DNA of 64,000 bases from Chitinophagaceae bacterium (GTDB lineage Bacteria; Bacteroidota; Bacteroidia; Chitinophagales; Chitinophagaceae), in assembly GCA_044229375.1 (NCBI GenBank), contig JBGATE010000001.1, forward strand, positions 618 through 64,617, read 5' to 3'. The number at the start of each line of letters is the position of its first letter. The first letter of the stretch is position 1. The notes below the pieces were generated by a model that did not search any database, was not told where the DNA came from, and was given only the letters and a program-made list of their open reading frames with translations. Positions 48,122-56,080 of the stretch are shown here, piece by piece. Both the position numbers and the translations under genes were made by a program.

Positions 48122-48526
48122 ATGAAAAAGAACGCTTCCATACTCCTAGCTGGTTTAATTGCGATTGTCGGGATGGCCTTCGTTCCAAAATCAACCCTTC
48201 AGAATCCCTGGCCTGTCCCGGATGCCTATAAAAACAAAGTAAACCCATTAAAGGGTGATGCCGCTTCCGTTGCTACGGGAAAAACATTGTATACCCAGCA
48301 TTGCAAATCCTGCCATGGAACAAAAGGAAAAGGAGACGGTCCCAAAGCTTCACAGTTGGATACTGAATGCGGAGATTTTACAAAAGCTGCTTTCCAGTCC
48401 CAGACCGACGGGGCTATTTATTACAAAACAGAAAAAGGCCGGAAAGATATGCCCTCCTATAAGACAAAGATCCCCGATCCAAATGATTTGTGGGCCGTTG
48501 TGAATTACCTGAGAACATTGAAATAA
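48122..48526 (+). CDS. Monoheme class I cytochrome c
   Basis: Signal peptide; NP, G..LY..HCKSCHG..GKGDGP, TDGAIYYK, MP axial Met, W.VVNYLRTL. Confidence 0.93.
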   Translation: MKKNASILLAGLIAIVGMAFVPKSTLQNPWPVPDAYKNKVNPLKGDAASVATGKTLYTQHCKSCHGTKGKGDGPKASQLDTECGDFTKAAFQSQTDGAIYYKTEKGRKDMPSYKTKIPDPNDLWAVVNYLRTLK

Positions 48527-48548
48527 CCGGAATTTGCCGCCATTTATT

Positions 48549-48579
48549 AAACAGGGCTGTCTTTCAGCCCTGTTTTTTT
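48549..48579 (+). terminator. Intrinsic terminator
   Basis: aaacagggctg-tcttt-cagccctgttttttt. Confidence 0.85.
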
Positions 48580-48631
48580 GTGCGGTATACTGTCTGAGGG
48601 GGCCCGTGCATGGCAGGACGCCAGAACGCAA

Positions 48632-48985
48632 TTAGCCTACCGCTTTTTTAAGGGCTTCCCTTGTTTTTTTCTCACTCCCGATAAAGATCGCTTTACCTTG
48701 TATCACCACCGGTCTTTTCAGGAAAGTGTATTCCTCAAGTATGAGCCTGCGATAATCCTTTTCATCCAGCTTTTTGTCTTTTAGACCGAGCTCCTTGTAC
48801 TTGAGGGCGCGGCGGCTGAAAAGCGCTTCATAGCTGCCCGCCATTTTCTTCATTTCTTCCAGTTAGGCCGGGCTGATCTTTTCGAACTTGATATCCTGCA
48901 GGACAAATCCTTTTTGGCCGATCCCGGTTTCCGCGATTATGGCCTGGCAGGTGGTGCAGTTGCCGAGGTGGTACATTTTTTTCAT
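48632..48985 (-). pseudogene. ArsC/Spx-like (arsenate reductase family) gene with an in-frame TAA
   Basis: MKKMYHLGNCTTCQAII...QDIKFEKISPA*LEEMKKMAGSYEALFSRRA...YTFLKRPV; the stop at 48863-48865 is codon 41. Confidence 0.85.
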
Positions 48986-49062
48986 ACCTGTAATACGTTC
49001 GTGATGCCGGTTAGTTCGCAAACTGGTAAAATGCTTTACTTTGTGGCACTTATTTGTTTTCT

Positions 49063-49791
49063 ATGGGCAAAGATGAAGTTTTCCGGGAAGAGATCGAAAA
49101 GGCCAGCGACTTTAAGTTTGGCGCCAACGTGGCCAGGGTTTTTGACGATATGGTGAACCGTTCGGTTCCCTTCTACGGTGAGATACAGCGTATGATGGCC
49201 GAACTGGCCGCCAACCATGCCGCCGAAGGCAGCTTTGTATATGATCTCGGCTGCTCCACCGGCACCACCATGATCGGGATGGATACGATGGTGGAAAAGC
49301 CAATCAAGTTCATCGGGGTGGATGACTCGCAGCAAATGCTGGACAAATGCAAATCCAAACTGATGGAAGTGGGTTTCTCCCGCCCCTATGAGCTCCGCTG
49401 CGCAGACCTGGCAAAAGAATTGAAGATCGAGAATGCCTCCGTGGTAGTGCTCTGCCTCACGCTCCAGTTCGTGCGACCCATTTACCGGGAGCAGGTATTG
49501 AAAAACATTTTCGCGGGACTTAACCCCGGCGGCGTGCTGATACTAGTGGAAAAGATACTCGCCGAAGAAAGCAATTTCAACCGGGACTTTATCAAGTACT
49601 ACTACAATTACAAACGCCGCAATCAGTACAGCGAAATGGAGATCTCCCAGAAAAGAGAGGCGCTGGAGAACGTACTGGTTCCCTATAAGCTAAGTGAGAA
49701 TATCAGCCTGCTGAGGGATGTGGGGTTTGAGCATTGCGAGGTGTTTTTTAAATGGTACAATTTTGCGGGGCTGGTGGCTACGAAAAAGTAA
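49063..49791 (+). CDS. cmoA: Carboxy-S-adenosyl-L-methionine synthase CmoA-like
   Basis: F.F...VA.VFDDMV.RSVPFY, YDLGCSTG, TLQFV, EISQKREALENVL, KWYNFAG. Confidence 0.82.
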   Translation: MGKDEVFREEIEKASDFKFGANVARVFDDMVNRSVPFYGEIQRMMAELAANHAAEGSFVYDLGCSTGTTMIGMDTMVEKPIKFIGVDDSQQMLDKCKSKLMEVGFSRPYELRCADLAKELKIENASVVVLCLTLQFVRPIYREQVLKNIFAGLNPGGVLILVEKILAEESNFNRDFIKYYYNYKRRNQYSEMEISQKREALENVLVPYKLSENISLLRDVGFEHCEVFFKWYNFAGLVATKK

Positions 49792-49805
49792 CTTTTAAAA
49801 GTTCG

Positions 49806-49983
49806 AAGAAACAAGATACAAGAACCAAATAAATCACAATTCAAAAAAATTTCAATATTCAAAAAAGTTCAACGAAACAGTGATGAATTTTTAATTTTTC
49901 AGTTGGAGCTTTTTGGGGTTTTGTGATGTGATCATTGAAGCTTATTTGTTTCTTGTATCTTGTTTCTTGTATCTTGTTTCTTG
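49806..49983. repeat. Heptamer-built inverted-repeat element
   Basis: aagaaacaagatacaagaaccaaataa pairs with ttatttgtttcttgtatcttgtttctt (1 mismatch), followed by further tcttgtW units. Confidence 0.7.
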
Positions 49984-50003
49984 GAGTTTATTCCCCCGAA
50001 TTT

Positions 50004-50726
50004 ATGGTAAGCATTGGCAATTTCTTCTTCAAGTACCGCAACTGGATCTTCATCCTCTTCTACGCCGCCCTGTTCATTCCCTCGTGGCCCCTGTTTTCTC
50101 CGTCAAAGTTTGGAAACACCTATTATATCTGGCCCATCGCCATTGGATTATTCGTCACTTGTCTCGGCCAGTTAATCCGGGGCCTGACGATCGGGTTAGC
50201 GTATATCGTAAGGGGTGGCAAAGAGGGAAAACCTTACGCGGAAGGACTGGTAACAGAAGGGATCTTTCGTCATTGCCGCAACCCGCTCTATGTTGGCAAT
50301 ATCCTGATGCTCCTGGGAGTGGGAATACTGGCCAATTCGCTGGTCTATGTAGCGATCGTAATCCCCGTTTTCCTGTTCATCTACCAGGCCATCGTGCTGG
50401 CCGAAGAGAATTTCCTGCGTGGAAAATTCGGCGCCGGTTTTGACGCCTATTGCAAAAACGTGAACCGCTGGTGGCCCGGCCTGCGCGGGATCGGGAAGAC
50501 CTTTGGAAGCATGGAATTCAACTGGAAGCGGTGGATACTGAAAGAACATACCACCCAGTTCATCTGGCTCTGCGGTATCGTGCTCATACTGCTGCTCAAC
50601 TACCCTCATCTCAGCGGGTATGATAGAGACCGGCGAAATTTACTGCTGGGGATCATCCTCGGGATTCTTTTACTGGTTTACATCCTTATCCGTTACCTGA
50701 AGACGACGGGGAAATTCAGGGAATAG
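50004..50726 (+). CDS. Isoprenylcysteine carboxylmethyltransferase (ICMT/PEMT) family membrane protein
   Basis: LVTEGIFRHCRNPLYVGN, EENFLRGKFG..F..YC..V.RW. Confidence 0.9.
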   Translation: MVSIGNFFFKYRNWIFILFYAALFIPSWPLFSPSKFGNTYYIWPIAIGLFVTCLGQLIRGLTIGLAYIVRGGKEGKPYAEGLVTEGIFRHCRNPLYVGNILMLLGVGILANSLVYVAIVIPVFLFIYQAIVLAEENFLRGKFGAGFDAYCKNVNRWWPGLRGIGKTFGSMEFNWKRWILKEHTTQFIWLCGIVLILLLNYPHLSGYDRDRRNLLLGIILGILLLVYILIRYLKTTGKFRE

Positions 50727-50733
50727 CTGCTAA

Positions 50734-50849
50734 CCACGAAATCACATAAAAACTCAATGGGTTCATTATGAGGCTGTATTTTTCGTGTCTATTCGTGTGA
50801 TTTCGTGGCAAAAAGAATATACTCTGTGCGAATCCGTGTAATCCGTGGC
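50734..50849. repeat. CACG-rich inverted-repeat element
   Basis: ccacgaaatcaca ... tgtgatttcgtgg; shares ctgtatttttcgtgtYtattcgtgtg with 36836-36861. Confidence 0.65.
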
Positions 50850-50947
50850 CAACTTTTCTGTGGCCATTTTGGCCATCAACCTCTTTCCCGCCTTCGTAAA
50901 CTTTGCCCGGGATTTGTTGTTATTTTTACACACTAATTACGTGAGCT

Positions 50948-51544
50948 ATGATCAAGACAGGCAACCCCATTATCAGCATTTATACGGAAATGACCCCCAA
51001 CCCGGAGACCATGAAGTTTGTGGCCAACAAACTCCTGTATCCCGGCAAGAGCATTGATTTCCAGGATGCCGAAAGCGCCAAACCCTCTCCCCTGGCAACC
51101 GAGTTGTTTGGTTTCCCCTTTATAAAGGCCGTGTTCATTGCCAGCAATTTTGTGACCCTCACCAAGACAGGAGAGACCGACTGGCAGGATGTGATCCCCT
51201 CCGTGCGCCAGTTCCTGAAAGACTATCTCGAAGAAGGCAAGGCTGTTATCAATGAAGAAGAGCTGGCCGCCGTTAAACAGGAAAGCAGCAATGAGGTATC
51301 CGCCGATGATAATGACATTGTAAAACGTATCAAGGAATTACTCGATAATTATGTTCGCCCCGCGGTGGAAATGGACGGCGGCGCCATCCAGTTTAAAAGT
51401 TATGAGGACGGTGTGGTGAACCTGATGATGCAGGGCAGCTGCAGTGGTTGTCCCTCCTCTATGATCACTCTCAAGGCCGGTATCGAAGGCATGATGAAAA
51501 GGATGATCCCGGAGGTGAAGGAAGTGGTGGCGGAGGCGGAGTAA
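50948..51544 (+). CDS. NifU/NfuA-family Fe-S cluster carrier
   Basis: TPNPETMKF (Nfu_N); VRPAVEMDGG; GSCSGCPSS..TLK.GIE. Confidence 0.93.
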   Translation: MIKTGNPIISIYTEMTPNPETMKFVANKLLYPGKSIDFQDAESAKPSPLATELFGFPFIKAVFIASNFVTLTKTGETDWQDVIPSVRQFLKDYLEEGKAVINEEELAAVKQESSNEVSADDNDIVKRIKELLDNYVRPAVEMDGGAIQFKSYEDGVVNLMMQGSCSGCPSSMITLKAGIEGMMKRMIPEVKEVVAEAE

Positions 51545-51545
51545 A

Positions 51546-51721
51546 GCCCCCTGTCCCCCGCAGGGGGAACTTAGATACACAAATCCCTATAGCTTGAAAT
51601 ATTCCGAATAGTATATAATGTCCCCTTTCGTGTCTTTTCATAGCTAAAACTGAATACTTTAAACGACTTTCTTATCCGTAAAGAATAGTTTGCCTAAGTT
51701 CCCCTGCGGGGGACAGGGGGC
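51546..51721. mobile_element. REPIN/MITE-like inverted-repeat element (second copy)
   Basis: gccccctgtcccccgcagggggaacttag ... ctaagttcccctgcgggggacagggggc around an AT-rich core, between convergent genes. Confidence 0.75.
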
Positions 51722-51727
51722 CGGCTG

Positions 51728-52837
51728 CTAAGACTTTTTCCAGTTAACATTCCTCGCCTTCAAATACTCCATCACAAATTCAAAACATTTCTTGTATTTC
51801 CCGATCAACTCAGGAGGAAAAACACCCTTTTCGGTAAACAATCCCTTCGCCATCAAATTCACCGCCGCGGTGCAGGTATAGCCTGTGGTGCGGGCCATGG
51901 AAGATGTTTTGGTCACCGGGTCATATTGGTCATAGAGGTCCCAGGTGATCGTTTTGCCTTCTCCCTTTATGATCACTTTCATCACCGTGAATTCCTCTTC
52001 TTCCGCACCCGGTTTCCATTGTTCCACCAGGAGCCTGGAAGTGAAATCCAGCGGCGTGAGATCCGTATCATTTACGCGGACCGGATGCGTATCAAAAAAA
52101 CCGGCCTGCTGCAAAGCAATGATCAGGTCAACATGGCCGGGGTAACGCAATGTTTTTTCTTTCATATCGGGGATATGCCCCATGGTATAAAGAAGGGAAC
52201 GCAGCCCGTCGGTATTGAAGGCTTCCAGTTCCCCCGCTTTTTCAAAACGGATCATCTCACGATCGCTCAGTGCATGCCGGGTAACGATGCTGCCGTTTTC
52301 CATCATCCTTGCCGGCCGGATATATTCCTGGATCACATCCACCGGTGAAAAAGGGGCTTTATAGTTGAAAGGCGGTTGAGGGTGTTTGGGAAGACCTCCC
52401 ACATAACAGGCAAAGGATTCCACTTTCATTTCTTCATTGTACCTCCCGAGGATGAGATTGCTCATTCCCGGCGCCACCCCGCAATCCGTGATAACGGATA
52501 CTTCATTCTCTTTGGCCAGCCAGTCCAGCTGAAGAGTGTCTTCGGGAGAAAAAGAAATATCCACCACGTTTTTCCCTGACTTTATTACGGCTTCGAGTGT
52601 TGGGTATCCCATAAAACCGGGAACGGCGGTTACCACGAGATCAAAGGGAGAAAACCAGTTCCGGTATTCGCTTACCAGGGAAAGATCGGCGGCAACGCAT
52701 TCTACCGATGGGGCTTTTTTCTTTAGCTCATCCAGGCTGACGGCATCCAGGTCGAATGCGGTCACGCTATGTTCCCCTGCAAGATCCTGCGCAATGGTCC
52801 GGCCCACCATACCCGCCCCTAAAACAGCGATCGTCAT
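51728..52837 (-). CDS. Saccharopine dehydrogenase / lysine 6-dehydrogenase family
   Basis: GAGMVG Rossmann motif; DCGVAPGMSN; VGGLP; EAFNTDGLRSL; TLRYPGH; SMARTTGY. Confidence 0.9.
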   Translation of the reverse strand: MTIAVLGAGMVGRTIAQDLAGEHSVTAFDLDAVSLDELKKKAPSVECVAADLSLVSEYRNWFSPFDLVVTAVPGFMGYPTLEAVIKSGKNVVDISFSPEDTLQLDWLAKENEVSVITDCGVAPGMSNLILGRYNEEMKVESFACYVGGLPKHPQPPFNYKAPFSPVDVIQEYIRPARMMENGSIVTRHALSDREMIRFEKAGELEAFNTDGLRSLLYTMGHIPDMKEKTLRYPGHVDLIIALQQAGFFDTHPVRVNDTDLTPLDFTSRLLVEQWKPGAEEEEFTVMKVIIKGEGKTITWDLYDQYDPVTKTSSMARTTGYTCTAAVNLMAKGLFTEKGVFPPELIGKYKKCFEFVMEYLKARNVNWKKS

Positions 52838-52877
52838 AATAATAATTTATGCTGCAAAGATACTGAAGCCAAAAAGG

Positions 52878-53819
52878 CTACATCAGCTTGTTTCTCCAGA
52901 TCAGCAATGCCACACCGGCCAGCGCAGCGATCACTCCAAATATTGAGCGGGTCGTGATCTTTTCTTTATATACGAAGAAAGCAATGAAAAGCGCGAACAG
53001 GGGCACCATTGCGAAAATGGTCTGCGCCACGGCCACGTCCATAAAAAGGATCGCGAACATGGAAAAGGAAACGGAAAGAATGGGATTAAAAACTGTTCCG
53101 CCGATGGTGTTCCTGATCCCGGCCCGGCTGTCCCGGATATGCGTGAGTACGGTCCTGATTTTTCCCGTTATAATCGTGATGAGATAGATCAGCAGGGTGG
53201 CGGTAACAACGCGGATAAAAGTAGCTCCCAGCGGACCGATAGGGTATTCCGCCGGCTGTTCGATAAATCCTTTTTTGGAAAACGCAAGGGCACCGCCGTG
53301 ACAAGCCGCGGCAAGGATTCCAAAAACGATTCCCCTTACCACACTGCCATGACCGTGATTGGGGATCTTGTCCCGCTGCGCGCGGCCAAGGCTGATGCTC
53401 ATCACTCCAATGATCGTTATGAGCATGCCGGTGATACCCACCCAGTTGATATGTTCATCGACGAGTAGGATGCCAAACAGCAAAGCAGAGGCCGGCGAAA
53501 GAGTGGTGAGTACGCTGCCGTACTGCGGACTGAGAATGGCATAACTGCGGAAGCTGAAAAAATCACCCACTACCAGCGCCAGGATACCGGAAAATCCCAG
53601 CCATAACCAGGCATTTGTATACTGCGGAGAAAATATTTGCAGGAATCCCGCTCCTTCGATGATCGCACCGGCAATGAACAAGACCAGGGTGGCCAGTAAT
53701 AAGCGCAGGTGGTTCATGCTGCTTACCGGCAACTGCCGGCTGGCGGCAGTCAATGGAAAAACGGCAATGGCCCAGCAAGCGGTGGCGGCAAAGGCGTAGA
53801 ATAAACCCAGGGAGGACAT
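52878..53819 (-). CDS. DMT/EamA family transporter
   Basis: About 10 TM in two EamA repeats; KEKIT. Confidence 0.9.
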   Translation of the reverse strand: MSSLGLFYAFAATACWAIAVFPLTAASRQLPVSSMNHLRLLLATLVLFIAGAIIEGAGFLQIFSPQYTNAWLWLGFSGILALVVGDFFSFRSYAILSPQYGSVLTTLSPASALLFGILLVDEHINWVGITGMLITIIGVMSISLGRAQRDKIPNHGHGSVVRGIVFGILAAACHGGALAFSKKGFIEQPAEYPIGPLGATFIRVVTATLLIYLITIITGKIRTVLTHIRDSRAGIRNTIGGTVFNPILSVSFSMFAILFMDVAVAQTIFAMVPLFALFIAFFVYKEKITTRSIFGVIAALAGVALLIWRNKLM

Positions 53820-53860
53820 AGGTTAAAGATAGCGGGTTTTATATGCCATCATGGAACTTT

Positions 53861-53972
53861 AGCCATAGAGACACCGGGACACGGTGTAGCACAGAGGCTC
53901 TCTGTGAACCCCTGCGTCTTTGTGTCTCCGTGGCAAAAAGATTTGAAACACCAAGACACAAAGGCACGGAGT
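53861..53972. repeat. CAC-rich inverted-repeat element
   Basis: gccatagagacac...gtgtctccgtggc plus caccaagacacaaaggcacggag. Confidence 0.55.
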
Positions 53973-54052
53973 CGCTTGGTATATTTCCTTTCGTTTCCGC
54001 GGTTCCATCCTTCATGAAATTTGTACCTTGAGCCATAAATCAGGTTTGCTCT

Positions 54053-55468
54053 ATGAAAGTTATTTTCTTTTTACTCCTCCTGTTGCCGGTCTCTTTATAC
54101 GCGCAAACCGAACCGGAAATAACCTTCCCCCGCCAGGAGGTGAAGGAGGACCTTGCCTTTTTCATAAGGACCATCGAAAATGTGCATCCCAATCCCTACC
54201 ATTCTATCAGTAAAGAAAAATTCAACTTATTTAGCGATAGTCTTGGCCGTACATTAAAAGAGAATGTTTCTTTAACAGAAGTATGGGCTTTTTTTTCCCG
54301 GCTTATTGCTGCCTTTGATGAAGGTCACAGCACTGTTGCTTACCCTTCAGTAATCCAGCAGCAAATAAAAGAAGGTAAGATCCGGATCTTCCCGGTGCTG
54401 ATCAGGGAGTTTAACCGGGAGGGCCTGCTGGTGCGCTATGATCTTTCTAACGACAGTCTGTTAAAACCCGGCGATCTTATCACCCATATCAATGGCCGGT
54501 CGGCAAAGGACCTGATGCAGTTCCTTACTTCTTTTTATGGTGGTCTGCCTTCCTGGCGAACGACACAAACATTGCGTGACTTTGGCGGGCAGTTGTTGCT
54601 GCACCAGGTACTTCCGCCATATCATATCCGCTATTCCAGCGGAGGAGAAAACAAGGAAACGTTCATCCAGGCGGTAACGCTGAGCGTGTTGCAGGCAAGA
54701 GCTGCCGAAGTTAGAAAAAGAACATCTGCCAGTACGACATCGACCGCTCCTTATAGTTTCGAACGCATGGATGGAAACATTGGTTATATCAATTTCCGTT
54801 CAATGCGTGACTTGCCGGTTTTTGAAAAATTCCTCGATTCGGTTTTTACCGAAATAAAAAACAAATCCATGGAAGGTTTGATCATTGACCTTCGGCAGAA
54901 CGGTGGAGGTAATTCGGTGCTTGGTGAACGGCTGATCAGCTATATCAGCGACAAACCTTACCGCATGGGCGGGGGCAGCCGCTGGAAAGTGAGTGATGAA
55001 TACAAAGAATTTGTCCGGGAGCAGGCAAAGACCAACCAGGTTTATGCATCCGGCTCCTTTCAGCAATACCTTAACAGGAAAACCGGGGATATCATCGGCG
55101 GAACGGCGGGAAAACCACAGCGTCCCGGTAAAAACGGGCTCCGTTTTGAAGGCCGGGTTGCCATTCTCACCGGTCCCACTACTTTTTCCAGCGCCAATAT
55201 GCTGAGTAATGCCATTAAGGACTACCAACTGGCCACCATCATCGGCGAGGCCACCGGTGAGCCCTGTAATGATTACGGAGAACTGTACTGGAACAAATTA
55301 CCCCGGACAGGACTTCTGTTTTACACCTGCAGCAAACAGTTCATTCGGGCCAATGGCGATGCCAATGACCTCAATCCCGTGTTGCCGGATATAGAGGTAA
55401 AACAGGACCCCAATAGTCTGAAGGACGATGTGCTGAACTATGCAAAAGAATGGATGAAGAAGAAATAA
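54053..55468 (+). CDS. S41 family peptidase
   Basis: HPN.Y, D.GHS, LIIDLRQNGGGNS, TFSSA, IGEATG, PVLPD; signal peptide. Confidence 0.9.
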   Translation: MKVIFFLLLLLPVSLYAQTEPEITFPRQEVKEDLAFFIRTIENVHPNPYHSISKEKFNLFSDSLGRTLKENVSLTEVWAFFSRLIAAFDEGHSTVAYPSVIQQQIKEGKIRIFPVLIREFNREGLLVRYDLSNDSLLKPGDLITHINGRSAKDLMQFLTSFYGGLPSWRTTQTLRDFGGQLLLHQVLPPYHIRYSSGGENKETFIQAVTLSVLQARAAEVRKRTSASTTSTAPYSFERMDGNIGYINFRSMRDLPVFEKFLDSVFTEIKNKSMEGLIIDLRQNGGGNSVLGERLISYISDKPYRMGGGSRWKVSDEYKEFVREQAKTNQVYASGSFQQYLNRKTGDIIGGTAGKPQRPGKNGLRFEGRVAILTGPTTFSSANMLSNAIKDYQLATIIGEATGEPCNDYGELYWNKLPRTGLLFYTCSKQFIRANGDANDLNPVLPDIEVKQDPNSLKDDVLNYAKEWMKKK

Positions 55469-55583
55469 CTACCGTACAGGCCCTATGGCAAACCGTAAAA
55501 TTACAGTGATGGAAAATCCGTAATTACCTGATTGCAAGCATGCTGAAAACTTATTTCTTTTGTATTATCCAATATCCACTACC

Positions 55584-55802
55584 ATGCAACTCATGATGTA
55601 CATCGGCAACGACCTCATTGAAGCCGTCCCGATCAACGACAAAGACCTCCGCGTTCCCGGTTACCTGGGCAAGTTCAAACGTTACCTGAAGGCAAAGTAT
55701 GACGAGCTGCTAAAGACAGCTCCCGAGCCTCCCGAATTCCTGGTTTGCAACCCTGAAATGAAGCCGGATTTTCCGGAATCGGATCTGCCGCACAGGGCAT
55801 AG
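55584..55802 (+). CDS. Small hypothetical protein
   Basis: MQLMMYIGNDLIEAVP...PGYLGKFKR.LK.KY...PEFLV; coding-like codon usage. Confidence 0.7.
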   Translation: MQLMMYIGNDLIEAVPINDKDLRVPGYLGKFKRYLKAKYDELLKTAPEPPEFLVCNPEMKPDFPESDLPHRA

Positions 55803-56080
55803 GCTCCTGCTGATTATACTGTCACCCCCAGCAAGCGTAGCGCGACCCGGGGTCCTTTGGAATCGCACCCCTAAACACACTTTGTTCCGGCAGTTGCCGG
55901 TTTTCTGGTTCCAGACCCTGAAAATGCCGGACCGGCCATGCCTGTGCATTGGCTCCGGCAGCATGACATTTGTTTATTCATTTTCAATCCCGCTTTCCCG
56001 CTTAACTATAATCATCACTCACCTTGAAATAGATCATTGGTAGAACCCTTTGCCTGTCACATCTTTATCAAAACACTTTT

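Noticed and set aside
41302-48526. Canonical alternative complex III (actABCDEF), Psr/Ttr, Nrf or DsrMKJOP
   Set aside because: There is no pentaheme ActA/NrfB, molybdopterin(-like) subunit, ActD (DUF3341) or DsrMK/J, and the Fe-S substitution pattern differs from ActB. No gene symbols were assigned.
13364-48985. Stop-codon recoding (TAG in the SRPBCC remnant, TAA in the ArsC-like gene)
   Set aside because: TAG and TAA terminate many normal genes here, and the SRPBCC remnant also has frameshifts and deletions. Decay or sequence error is the simpler explanation.
49935-50003. Hydrophobic N-terminal extension of the ICMT-family ORF
   Set aside because: It is translated heptamer repeat; ATG 50004 is the likelier start.
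53839-54036. Small ORFs on both strands
   Set aside because: They coincide with an inverted-repeat element and have no coding features.
55820-55968. Degenerate REP doublet (tgtca...tgaca) upstream of the PAAR gene
   Set aside because: The arms are too diverged to define with confidence, and there is no second copy in the window.
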